Below are positions 1 through 8,352 of a stretch of 18,036 nucleotides of DNA, piece after piece. Each line of letters begins with the position of its first letter. Positions within the stretch are counted from its first letter, which is position 1. The stretch comes from Chlamydiota bacterium. GTDB lineage: Bacteria; Auribacterota; Tritonobacteria; UBA1439. The notes under the pieces are model-generated. The model worked only from the letters and a program-made list of their open reading frames with translations. It did no database searches and was not told the origin of the DNA. Location: assembly GCA_037133055.1 (NCBI GenBank), contig JBAXOY010000061.1, positions 1 through 18,036 on the forward strand, read 5' to 3'. The position numbers and the translations under genes were made by a program.

Positions 1-69
1 AAACGAGCGGTGGAAAACGAGCGGCCTTTACTGTGGTACAGAAGAGCAGACAAAGTGGACGGAGTGGGC

Positions 70-127
70 GGTGAGAAGGGTGAGAAGGGTGAGAAGGGTG
101 AGAAGGGTGAGAAGGGTGAGAAGGGTG
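70..127 (+). repeat. Tandem repeat (GGTGAGAAG)x6.4, just 3' of the response regulator gene
   Basis: Six perfect 9-bp units at 70-123 plus GGTG, read directly; followed by a small hairpin GGTGGG-ggtt-CCCACC (124-139). Confidence 0.95.
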
Positions 128-141
128 GGGGTTCCCACCGC

Positions 142-1059
142 TCACTCGGCCGGCTCAACCACCGCGGGATCCACGGTCTTTTTCGTCCTGCCCTTCGCCC
201 GGTTCAGAAGGCCGAGGGAGCCCTGCTTCGCGAAGCGGTCATAGAGGGTGTAAAAGAGCTGCCGGCTCATCCTGTATTTCTTGCAGATGTTGCCGATGTG
301 GGGGTTCACGGTCGTGGCGGCCTCCCGCATCATCTCGAGCCGCATCTGCACGGTGTCGGCGGGGTTGACGAACCGGCTGAACGGGTACCGCTCCTGCGCC
401 GGGGCGGGTTGCTCGGTGCGCGGGATTTCCTTCTTGGAGGACAGCTTTTCGCCTCCCTCCAGTCCCTCCTCGATCTCCTTCTTGGACTTCTCGAAGAGGC
501 CGCGGACGCCGTACCGCCGTATCTCCCGGTCGAGGACATAGAACATGTTCCGGTTGAATCCGAAGAGGGAGGATATCCTGGTGATATCGGGGTTCGGGGT
601 GGAGTAGACCTTCCTGAGGAACTCGTAGCGGTAGATGACCTCGTCGTCGAGCGGGTAGACATACTCGGAGTTCGTCTTGAGTATCCCCTGGTAATATTCC
701 TCGAGATACCCGCGAACGAGCTTGGTGAGCTTGATGAGATCCAACGGCTTCCGCACGTAGTCCCGCGCCCCGCGCTTCATTGCCTCGACGGCGACATCCT
801 CGGAGCCCATTCCCGTGATCACGATCACAATGATCTCGGGCATCTCCCTCTTGAGTTCCCTCAGCACATCGAGCCCGTCGAGGACGGGCAGGCTGTAGTC
901 GAGGAGCATGATGCTGGGGCGCTTCTCGATTGCGGTGATCATAGCCTCGTGACCATTGAATGCGGTAAAGATGTCGTATCCCTCGCGGGCGAAATTCCTC
1001 GAGAGCATGGTCACAATGTCGCGTTCGTCATCGACGATCAAAAGCCTTTTCGCACTCAT
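142..1059 (-). CDS. Response regulator: N-terminal receiver domain plus two tandem HTH-like modules (305 aa)
   Basis: Receiver motifs LLIVDDE, phosphoacceptor D54 (MLLDYSLP), ITG (T82), DYVRKP (K104). ATG at 1059 has an upstream GGGAGG SD, preferred over the ORF-track start at 1113. The C-terminal half has two similar ~56 aa HTH-like repeats. Confidence 0.9.
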   Translation of the reverse strand: MSAKRLLIVDDERDIVTMLSRNFAREGYDIFTAFNGHEAMITAIEKRPSIMLLDYSLPVLDGLDVLRELKREMPEIIVIVITGMGSEDVAVEAMKRGARDYVRKPLDLIKLTKLVRGYLEEYYQGILKTNSEYVYPLDDEVIYRYEFLRKVYSTPNPDITRISSLFGFNRNMFYVLDREIRRYGVRGLFEKSKKEIEEGLEGGEKLSSKKEIPRTEQPAPAQERYPFSRFVNPADTVQMRLEMMREAATTVNPHIGNICKKYRMSRQLFYTLYDRFAKQGSLGLLNRAKGRTKKTVDPAVVEPAE

Positions 1060-1103
1060 GAACTGCCCTCCCGAACGGCCGCGTTGAATGCCGCAACCGA
1101 ACA

Positions 1104-1132
1104 ACAGTAGCATGCGCGTCCCCGCGTGTCAA
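1104..1132 (-). promoter_or_regulatory. Putative sigma70 promoter for the response regulator
   Basis: Minus strand TTGACA (1132-1127), 17 nt spacer, TG-C-TACTGT extended -10 (1109-1104). Confidence 0.6.
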
Positions 1133-1183
1133 TCGTTCCCGCAGGCCGTGAGCGCGCGCAGGCCGTGGGGGAGGCGGAACTGA

Positions 1184-1212
1184 TGGACGGGAAATGGGGC
1201 ATCGGATATGAT
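1184..1212 (+). promoter_or_regulatory. Putative sigma70 promoter for ispA
   Basis: TGGACG (1184-1189), 17 nt spacer, TATGAT (1207-1212); GGAGG SD before ATG 1236. Confidence 0.45.
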
Positions 1213-1235
1213 GATGCGCCGCGCGCGGAGGGTCT

Positions 1236-2117
1236 ATGGATCTCGCCCGATACCTGGAAGAAAGGAAAAAGCTCGTGGACGGCGCTCTTGACCGGCTCCT
1301 TCCATCCGCGGCTGACCCCCCCGCCGCGCTTCACGAGGCGATGCGCTACAGCGTCTTTGCGGGCGGAAAGAGGCTGCGCCCGGTTCTTTGCATTTCCGCG
1401 GCCGAGGCGCTTGGGGCTGATCCGTCGCAGTTCCTCCGCGCGGCCTGCGCCCTGGAGCTCGTCCACACCTATTCGCTGATCCACGACGATCTCCCCGCGA
1501 TGGACGACGACGACCTCCGGCGCGGAAAGCCGACCAGCCACCGGGTGTTCGGCGAGGCGCTGGCGATCCTCGCGGGTGACGCGCTGCTCACACTGGCCTT
1601 CGGGGCCATCGCGGGGATGGAGGCGGCCACCCCCTCCGTGCGGACGGCGCTCGTCGCGGAGCTCGCGGCGGGAAGCGGGCCGGCGGGAATGGTCGGGGGG
1701 CAGGTCCTCGACCTCGCCGCGGAGGGGAGGGAAATCTCCGCGGGCGTGCTCGAGGATATCCATGCGCGAAAAACCGCCGCCCTGATCGAATCGTCGGTGT
1801 CGTTCGGCGCCCTGCTCGCAGGCGCCGGCGCGGCGCAGGAAGAATCCCTCCGGACCTACGGGCGTTCCCTGGGAATGGCGTTCCAGGTGACCGATGATAT
1901 CCTCGACGCGACGGGGAACGAGGAAAAGATGGGCAAGAGGACCCGGCAGGACGCCGCGGCGCGCAAGGCCACCTATTCGGCCCTCTACGGTGTCGAGGAG
2001 TCGCGGCGCATCGCCTCCGGCTATGTCGAATCCGCACTGGCGGCGCTCCGCGGGTTCGACGAACGCGCCCGGCCGCTGAGAGAAATAGCCCGGAACCTCC
2101 TCGGCCGGGAGAAGTAA
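1236..2117 (+). CDS. ispA: Polyprenyl diphosphate synthase (farnesyl/geranylgeranyl diphosphate synthase)
   Basis: GGKRLRP, first Asp-rich motif HTYSLIHDDLPAMDDDDLRRG, GMVGGQVLDL, KTAAL, second Asp-rich motif FQVTDDILD, KATY. Confidence 0.95.
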   Translation: MDLARYLEERKKLVDGALDRLLPSAADPPAALHEAMRYSVFAGGKRLRPVLCISAAEALGADPSQFLRAACALELVHTYSLIHDDLPAMDDDDLRRGKPTSHRVFGEALAILAGDALLTLAFGAIAGMEAATPSVRTALVAELAAGSGPAGMVGGQVLDLAAEGREISAGVLEDIHARKTAALIESSVSFGALLAGAGAAQEESLRTYGRSLGMAFQVTDDILDATGNEEKMGKRTRQDAAARKATYSALYGVEESRRIASGYVESALAALRGFDERARPLREIARNLLGREK

Positions 2118-2192
2118 GACTTCCGTTCAGCCTACCGCAGGGAGGCACCGCGGGGGTGCCCGGAAGGACAGCGCCGCAATGGGCGCAGGACA

Positions 2193-4076
2193 ATGACCAC
2201 GAAATCCCTACCCGCTACGAGATCGTTCCTCATAGGCGCCGCCCTCTTCGTTTTCGCCGGAGTCATGTGCAGCGGCGGGATCTCCCTGCCTCGTATCGCC
2301 CGGTACCTGAGCAGGGACGGGGTCGTGGAGGAGGGAACGGTCGGGAGGATGCGGGAGATCCACCTGCATCTCCTCGCCGCGGGGGGCGTCCTTGCGTCGT
2401 TCGGCCTGATAAATACGGGAATGAAGCGGTGTCTCGTATCCCTCATGTCCACTTCGATCGCGCGCCGAATCCTTCTCGCGGTGCTCTTTGTTTTTGCGGC
2501 CTGTATGCTTTTCCTTCCGCCACATTACGCCATGTCGATGCTCAGAGATGATCCCGTACGGTATGCCTTCTCCGCGTACAACATGTATGAGGGCAGAGGA
2601 TACCTCATCAATGTCAACCGTCACTACTTCCCCGCAAAAGATTTCATCGGCTTTCCCCTTTTCATCCTTCCCTTTTATGCGGCCTTCGGCCCCTTCCCCG
2701 GCAATGCGATCTACGCCACCCTCGCCTGCGCGCTGCTCGTTCTCCTCATGACCTATATCATCTGCCGAAGGTTATTCGGGACCGCGGCGGCTTTCCTCTC
2801 CCTTCTTCTCCTCTGCTCCCATCGGCTTTTTCTGGATCTTGGAAGGGAGATCAGGAGCGAGATGCTCTCGTGCGCGCTCCTGCTCTGTGTGATTCTCCTT
2901 TTTATGGAGATCATGAAGAGGGAGCGGCTTTGGCGCGCCGGAGCGTTCCTGCTCGGGGCGGCCCTCGGCTGCTGCTTTACTGCACGGCCGCCTCTTCTCG
3001 TATCGGTTGCCGCCCTTCCCGCGATCCTCCTCTCACACAAGGGGATGAGGATGGCGATGAGGGGAATGGCGCTTGCCTGTGCGGGGTTGGCCCTCGTGAC
3101 GGTACCCTACATGTATTTCTGCAACGCCTTGTATGGCGGGCCGTTGCGGACAGGGTACTATGTGTGGGAGGTCTTTGATGCACCCATCTCGTTGAAAAAC
3201 ATCGCCGTTAATATCCCGCCCCGCTGGATTCCCCCTGAGCCGCAGAATGCGATCCAGATGATCGAGCGATTCCTGGGGACCACGAACGGCGCCTATTACG
3301 CCTCGTCACTGATCGGCTTGGGGCAGATTTACAGCCCGGCGGTCTTTGTATTCATCATCGCGGGGGTTGCCGCATCCCTCGGGGTTATTGATGGCGCGGA
3401 TCGCGCCAGGAGGACAATCGCCATCTCCATCCTGTCCGTCATCGCGCTCCACGTCTTCTTCTATGCGATGTATGCGGCGGGGCACGACGCGCGGTATTTC
3501 TCCGCCGTTCTCCCGTTGTTGCTCTCTCTCTCGGCGTTCGGCATGTCCGGAAAATTCGCCCTTTTATGCGAGAAGCGCATTACCGCGCCGGGCCTCGCCT
3601 ATGCGGCCCTCCTTTCCCTTGTCATATCCGGCGTGCTCCTTTCCCTGTACCGTGGAGTGACCTCTCCCCGCACACCACCGTTCCAGTATGAGTTGTGCGA
3701 GGCCTATGGAAGGATCCTCCCCCCGGACGGATGTGTCATCTCGAACATACACCCCACCCTTGTGGACCATTATGTCCAGAGTGGAAATGAGTGCCGGTTT
3801 TACACCATCTCAAAAAAGGCGATGTATGTGAGGGAGAGAATACGGCTCACTCGCGACGGCTCCCTCGGCACGCTGCCGATCGAGCCGGTTCAGGCGCACC
3901 TGGAAGAAGTGCGCGCCATGCTCCGTTCGGGGAAGGTCGTCATGATGGATGATTGGTACGACCAGTATCACCCGGGCCAGTTCGATGCCGAGAGGCGCGT
4001 ACTCTTCGCGGACTTCTCCGCCCGCGAGGTTTACCGCAACGGGCCGTTCAGGATCTACCGGCTGTTCCCGCGGTGA
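2193..4076 (+). CDS. Multi-pass GT-C membrane glycosyltransferase (PMT_2/ArnT-like, GT39/83-like), paralog 1
   Basis: 627 aa with many hydrophobic helices; acidic loop motif DDPVRY after the early TMs, GFPLFI, ICRRLFG, REIRSE, DARYF; soluble C-terminal domain; collinear similarity to 4982-6919. Confidence 0.75.
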   Translation: MTTKSLPATRSFLIGAALFVFAGVMCSGGISLPRIARYLSRDGVVEEGTVGRMREIHLHLLAAGGVLASFGLINTGMKRCLVSLMSTSIARRILLAVLFVFAACMLFLPPHYAMSMLRDDPVRYAFSAYNMYEGRGYLINVNRHYFPAKDFIGFPLFILPFYAAFGPFPGNAIYATLACALLVLLMTYIICRRLFGTAAAFLSLLLLCSHRLFLDLGREIRSEMLSCALLLCVILLFMEIMKRERLWRAGAFLLGAALGCCFTARPPLLVSVAALPAILLSHKGMRMAMRGMALACAGLALVTVPYMYFCNALYGGPLRTGYYVWEVFDAPISLKNIAVNIPPRWIPPEPQNAIQMIERFLGTTNGAYYASSLIGLGQIYSPAVFVFIIAGVAASLGVIDGADRARRTIAISILSVIALHVFFYAMYAAGHDARYFSAVLPLLLSLSAFGMSGKFALLCEKRITAPGLAYAALLSLVISGVLLSLYRGVTSPRTPPFQYELCEAYGRILPPDGCVISNIHPTLVDHYVQSGNECRFYTISKKAMYVRERIRLTRDGSLGTLPIEPVQAHLEEVRAMLRSGKVVMMDDWYDQYHPGQFDAERRVLFADFSAREVYRNGPFRIYRLFPR

Positions 4077-4087
4077 GAACCGAATTC

Positions 4088-4354
4088 CTAGCGGAAGGAA
4101 TATTTCTTCCGCACCTTCTCGATGACCGTCCAGGTGCAGTCGAGCCCCTCGGAGAAGCGGACGAGGTCGCCCTTTCCGAACTCGACCGCGCCCTCCGGGG
4201 TCTTCACCCGCACCTTCCCCTCCAGGATGTAGCAGGTCTCCGGTGAATCGTAGGACCAGTCAAAGGTGCTCGGTGCGCATTCCCATGTGCCCCATCCCTC
4301 GACCCCGAGCGATTTCAGCGTCTCGGGCGTCGGTTTCTCGACGGTGACCTTCAT
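4088..4354 (-). CDS. Small cupin protein (DUF861/Cupin_3-like), 88 aa
   Basis: WGTWEC.PSTFDWSY...ETCYILEGKV...FGKGDLVRF.EGLDCTW.V...VRKKY is the typical pattern; GAAGGGAGG SD before ATG 4354. Confidence 0.9.
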   Translation of the reverse strand: MKVTVEKPTPETLKSLGVEGWGTWECAPSTFDWSYDSPETCYILEGKVRVKTPEGAVEFGKGDLVRFSEGLDCTWTVIEKVRKKYSFR

Positions 4355-4371
4355 GGTGCCTCCCTTCAATT

Positions 4372-4479
4372 AAATCCCAAATCCCAAACCCCAAATCCCA
4401 TAACAGGCTCCTTGTGAGGATGAGAAGATATGTGGTGTGCGGATTCTTATCCTCTTATGTTGGGGTTTGGGTTTCGGGG
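4372..4479. repeat. (AAATCCC)x4 heptamer array forming one arm of a long imperfect inverted repeat; includes a partial reverse copy of the 57-bp dispersed element
   Basis: AAATCCC AAATCCC AAACCCC AAATCCC at 4372-4399. 4383-4394 is the exact reverse complement of 4460-4471; inner stem 4416-4426/4444-4454. Confidence 0.75.
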
Positions 4480-4814
4480 CTTTCTGTTTCCCGCGGCCAC
4501 GCGGGGCACAGCTCATCCACCCCCGGGTACCTCCACACCGCGGGGAAGTTGCGGCACTGCGCCGGCTTCACGGGGTGGATGACGCACGCGCTCCCGAGCA
4601 GGAAGACGCACTCGCCGTTCTCCTTTTCCCCCAGCTCAAGCCCCCGGCGGTTGTCGGAGATCCGCGTGTACTTCTGGACAAAGGATCGAGGATCCACGAC
4701 GAGGTAGGCCGCGATCCGGTCGACCTCCCCGGCGCTGACGCGGACAAAGCCCCTGATCCGGCAGCATTCGCCGCAGCCGAGACATGTGAACCGCTCCCCC
4801 CCGGAAATCTGCAT
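4455..4814 (-). CDS. YkgJ-family CxxCxxCC cysteine-cluster protein (putative Zn/Fe-S binding)
   Basis: FTCLGCGECCR, ECVFL, CVIHPVKPAQCRNFP, C-terminal CP. Confidence 0.9.
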   Translation of the reverse strand: MQISGGERFTCLGCGECCRIRGFVRVSAGEVDRIAAYLVVDPRSFVQKYTRISDNRRGLELGEKENGECVFLLGSACVIHPVKPAQCRNFPAVWRYPGVDELCPAWPRETESPETQTPT

Positions 4815-4842
4815 GCCCGCTCCCCGCCTCCGAGCTTCCCCA

Positions 4843-4922
4843 AGTATAGCAGATGGCTGCGCGGGATGTCACCGCCGGGAAGGGGGAAAGCCCTTGCGCC
4901 GACTTTTCGCATCTCCTACAAT
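4843..4922. promoter_or_regulatory. Back-to-back divergent promoters
   Basis: Minus: GTGACA (4872-4867), 18 nt, TG-C-TATACT (4848-4843). Plus: TTGCGC (4894-4899), 17 nt, TACAAT (4917-4922). Confidence 0.55.
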
Positions 4923-4981
4923 GCATCCCGCCGCACTGCGCGGAGAGGAGCACGGGACGTCGCGGGGCGAGGAGCAGCGCC

Positions 4982-6919
4982 ATGTCGGGGATATCGCTTC
5001 ACAAGACCGCGTCGCTTATCACCGTTGCAGCCTTCTTTCTTTTCGCGGGCTGTGTATTCACCGAGCGCGCCTCTTCGCGGCTTGTCGTGCGGTACCTGAG
5101 CTCCGACGGGGCCATCGAGGAGGTGACGGCCCTGTTCCTGCGGCAGATGCACCACGGGCTCCTTGCCGTGGGGGGCATCCTTGCGCTGATGGGGCTCGTG
5201 AACGCGCTCGCCGCCCGGCGCCCCGCGATCACGGCGGACCGCCCCGGCAGGCGCCGCGCGGCGTTCGCGGTCTTCATGCTCTTCGCGGCCTCCCTGCTGT
5301 ACCTCTCCCCGTATAACGCCATGCGGATGCTCAACGAGGACCCGGTCCGGTACGCCTGCGCGGCGTACAACATCTACACGGGCAAAGGGGATACCATCAC
5401 CCTCGCCGGCCGCGACTTTCCCGACAAGTTTTTCTTCGGGTATCCGCTCTCCATCGTCCTTTTTTACGCGGTCTTCGGGCCATTCCTCGGGAACGCCGTG
5501 TATGCCACCCTGACCTGGGCCCTTTTGGCGCTCGCCGCGACCTATCTCCTGGGGCGGCGTCTCTTCGGCACGAAGGCCGCCTTCATGGCCGTCATCCTTC
5601 TCTGCACCAACGGTCTCTTCCTCGACCTCGGCCGTGAGATCAGGAGCGACATGACGGCCTGCGCCCTCCTCGCCATCGCCTGCGTCCTCTTTGTCGGCCT
5701 CGGCGCAGGGGGGAAGGGAGGGCGGCGCGCGGCGTTTCTCCTCGGGCTGACATTCGGGGCCGCCTATACCGTCCGTCCGTATCTCCTCTGCGCGCTCGTC
5801 CCGATACCCTTTGCCCTGTGGCGGCGCAGGGGCGCGGTTTCGATGGCCGCCCGCATGGGCGTCCTGGGCATCGGGCTTCTGCTCCTGGTGATCCCCACCA
5901 TGATCTATTGCGCCGTCACCTTCGGCGGCATGTTGAGGTCGGGATACCATGTGTGGTGGAACTTCGACCTGTCCGCCCCGTTCAAACTGCGGAACATTTA
6001 CACCCTGATGCCGACACGCTGGGATCTCTTCCCGCCGCAGAACATCATCCAGGAGTGCCAGCGCCTCGTGGACGGCACGAGCGGGTTGTTTTACGGCGCA
6101 GCCCTGCTCGGCATGTACGGCCTTTACAGCCCGGCGGTCTTTATTTTTATCGCGCTCGGGGTTGCCGAGTCCCTCAACGCGCGTGGGGGTCTCTCCGGGT
6201 GCCCGAGAGCGGTCGCCGCCTCCCTCTGCGCCATCGTCGCCTTGTGCGCCCTCGTCATCATGATGTATTCATTCAGGGACATCCGGTTCCTCCTGCCCCT
6301 GCTGCCGGTCCTTTTCGTGTTCGCGGGGGCGGGAATGGCACGGCATGTGCGCGTTTCTTATCAGCGGTATAGGGGGGCTCCGGCGCTCATCGCCTCCGTC
6401 CTTTTTGCGTGTGCCATGTCCGCGGCGCCCCTCGCGATTTACTCGCGCGTCACGACCCCGCCCGACCCTCCGTATCAGTACGGGATCTGCATGCGGTATG
6501 ACCGCGCGCTCCCCATCGACGGCTGCATCATCTCGGGCGTCGACCCCCTTCTCCTGGAACACTGTGTGCTCCGGGACAGTGCGCGCACGCTCCGGGCGAT
6601 CTCCGATACGGGGTTTTATGTGGATGTTCCCGTGCGACTCAAGCCGGGGGATGAGGCGGTCAGGATACCCGTGGAGCCGGTATCGCGTTTCATTGATGAA
6701 ATCCGCGCCCGGATCGACGCGGACATGGTCGTCCTTACGGATGACTGGGAGGATCCCCACCGCGCCGGACAATGCCGCCGCGAGCGGGAGATGCTGAGGG
6801 CGCAGTTCGCGCACACCGAAGTTGCCCGCGCGGGCCCGTTCAGGGTGTACCGGCTTTCGATCCTGCCGGAGGGCACCGCGCGGTGGAACTCGCATTCCTC
6901 GGAGGGGCGCGTGAAGTGA
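4982..6919 (+). CDS. Multi-pass GT-C membrane glycosyltransferase (PMT_2/ArnT-like), paralog 2 (645 aa)
   Basis: EDPVRY, GYPLSI, LGRRLFG, FLDLGREIRSDM, DIRFLLPLLP. Start set at ATG 4982 because of the GAGGAG SD, its position downstream of the promoter and the match to the N-terminus of paralog 1. Confidence 0.75.
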   Translation: MSGISLHKTASLITVAAFFLFAGCVFTERASSRLVVRYLSSDGAIEEVTALFLRQMHHGLLAVGGILALMGLVNALAARRPAITADRPGRRRAAFAVFMLFAASLLYLSPYNAMRMLNEDPVRYACAAYNIYTGKGDTITLAGRDFPDKFFFGYPLSIVLFYAVFGPFLGNAVYATLTWALLALAATYLLGRRLFGTKAAFMAVILLCTNGLFLDLGREIRSDMTACALLAIACVLFVGLGAGGKGGRRAAFLLGLTFGAAYTVRPYLLCALVPIPFALWRRRGAVSMAARMGVLGIGLLLLVIPTMIYCAVTFGGMLRSGYHVWWNFDLSAPFKLRNIYTLMPTRWDLFPPQNIIQECQRLVDGTSGLFYGAALLGMYGLYSPAVFIFIALGVAESLNARGGLSGCPRAVAASLCAIVALCALVIMMYSFRDIRFLLPLLPVLFVFAGAGMARHVRVSYQRYRGAPALIASVLFACAMSAAPLAIYSRVTTPPDPPYQYGICMRYDRALPIDGCIISGVDPLLLEHCVLRDSARTLRAISDTGFYVDVPVRLKPGDEAVRIPVEPVSRFIDEIRARIDADMVVLTDDWEDPHRAGQCRREREMLRAQFAHTEVARAGPFRVYRLSILPEGTARWNSHSSEGRVK

Positions 6920-6969
6920 CCGGTTCGATGCACCTGATCGAGGCGGGGGGGAAGAATATCCTGCTCGAC
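6883..6969 (+). pseudogene. 5' remnant (29 codons) of an MBL-fold metallo-hydrolase, beta-CASP ribonuclease type
   Basis: GTG start with an upstream GGAGGG; translates as (M)ELAFLGGAREVTGSMHLIEAGGKNILLD, matching the FLGGAxEVTGS...LLDCG N-terminus. Similarity ends 4 nt before the glyQS stop. Confidence 0.75.
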
Positions 6970-6973
6970 CGAA

Positions 6974-8272
6974 TCACGCGTCGATGCGCTTCCGGAGGAA
7001 CCCCGGGAGCTCTGCGATCTTCACCCGCTCCTGCGTCATCGTGTCGCGGTCGCGGACCGTCACCGTCTCGTCCTGCTGCGTCTGCGAGTCCACCGTGATT
7101 CCGAACGGGGTCCCCGCCTCGTCCTGCCTGCGGTAGCGCCTGCCGATCGAGCCGGTGTCGTCGACGAAGACCGGCATGTGCCGTCGGAGTTCGTGCGCGA
7201 TTGTGCCGGCGATCTCGGGCAGGCCGTCGCGCCTGACGAGCGGGAAGATGCCCGCCTTCATCGGGGCGATGCGCGGATGCAGCCGGAGGACGACCCGCTT
7301 CTCGCCGCGGACCTCCTCCTCCCGGTAGGCGTCCACCAGGCAGGTGAGGAGCGTCCGGTCCACTCCCGCCGAGGTCTCGATGATGTAGGGGACATAGCGC
7401 TCGTTCGCGGCGTCGTCGAAATAGGAAAGGTCTTTTCCCGAGTGCTGCTGGTGCCGTGAGAGATCGTAGTCGGTCCGGTTGTGGATCCCCTCGAGCTCCT
7501 TCCAGCCGAAGGGGAACTCGTACTCGATGTCGTAGGCGTCCTTTGCGTAGTGCGCCAGCTCCTTGTTGGAGTGCTGGTGCAGACGCAGCTTCTCCTTCCG
7601 CAGGCCCAGCGCCGCGTACCAGGCGAGCCGCTCCCCCTTCCAGTGCTCGAGCCACTCCGCATCGGCGCCCGGTTTGACGAAGAACTGCATCTCCATCTGC
7701 TCGAACTCGCGCGTTCGGAAGATGAAGTTCCCGGGCGAGATCTCGTTCCTGAACGCCTTCCCGATCTGGGCGATGCCGAAGGGGATTTTCTTCCGGGAGG
7801 GGGTCAGGACGTTCTGGAAGTTCACGTAGATTCCCTGCGCCGTCTCCGGGCGAAGGTACACGACGGCGCCCTCCTCCTCGACGGGGCCCATGTGGGTCTT
7901 GAACATCAGGTTGAACTGGCGGGCCTCCGTGATCTGCCGCGAGCCGCAGCGGGGGCACTTCCCGTCCTTTACCTCGTCGCCGCGGAACCGCTGCGTGCAG
8001 GACTTGCAGTCCACGAGCGGGTCGGTGAACGCCTCGACGTGGCCGGACGCCACCCAGACGGAGGGGTGCATCAGGATCGAGGCGTCGATCCCAACGATAT
8101 CGTCGCGCAGTTGGGTCATCGAGAGCCACCAGAAGCGCTTGATGTTGTTTTTGAGCTCCACGCCGAGCGGCCCGTAGTCCCAGCAGCTGTTCAGCCCGCC
8201 GTAGATCTCGCTCGACTGGAAGATGAATCCCCTCCGCTTGCAGAGGGACACCAGCGTGTCCATCATCTCCAT
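6974..8272 (-). CDS. glyQS: Glycine--tRNA ligase, homodimeric (alpha2) type
   Basis: [48 protein letters not shown]...[40 protein letters not shown], anticodon domain [25 protein letters not shown]. Confidence 0.97.
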   Translation of the reverse strand: MEMMDTLVSLCKRRGFIFQSSEIYGGLNSCWDYGPLGVELKNNIKRFWWLSMTQLRDDIVGIDASILMHPSVWVASGHVEAFTDPLVDCKSCTQRFRGDEVKDGKCPRCGSRQITEARQFNLMFKTHMGPVEEEGAVVYLRPETAQGIYVNFQNVLTPSRKKIPFGIAQIGKAFRNEISPGNFIFRTREFEQMEMQFFVKPGADAEWLEHWKGERLAWYAALGLRKEKLRLHQHSNKELAHYAKDAYDIEYEFPFGWKELEGIHNRTDYDLSRHQQHSGKDLSYFDDAANERYVPYIIETSAGVDRTLLTCLVDAYREEEVRGEKRVVLRLHPRIAPMKAGIFPLVRRDGLPEIAGTIAHELRRHMPVFVDDTGSIGRRYRRQDEAGTPFGITVDSQTQQDETVTVRDRDTMTQERVKIAELPGFLRKRIDA

Positions 8273-8352
8273 GTGCGTACGCTCCTCCGTGTCTCTTCTT
8301 GTGTGCGCATTTCATTCAGCATGCGTTAGCCCGGCAATCGGAACCGGCGATG

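Noticed and set aside
142..654. Insertion sequence or transposase, suggested by the transposase-like HTHs
   Set aside because: There is no DDE or other catalytic domain, terminal inverted repeats or target duplication, and the HTHs are fused in frame to an intact receiver domain.
10..1110. 366-aa + strand ORF with a collagen-like (GEK)6 repeat
   Set aside because: It is the antisense shadow of the response regulator. GEK is just the translation of a perfect 9-bp DNA repeat with no synonymous variation.
4372..4399. Telomere-like repeat (GGGATTT)n
   Set aside because: Only four internal units, not identical to TTTAGGG; better explained as part of the intergenic repeat element.
6840..8329. Long alternative ORFs (6840-8315 -, 7481-8329 +), and similarly 4916-5950, 10777-11910, 12887-13681, 15552-17114 and 15692-16993
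   Set aside because: They overlap well-supported genes in other frames or strands and have the R/G/P-rich or antisense composition typical of GC-rich shadow ORFs.
8273..8352. T-box riboswitch upstream of glyQS
   Set aside because: The gap is only 80 nt and has no T-box motif or terminator/antiterminator.
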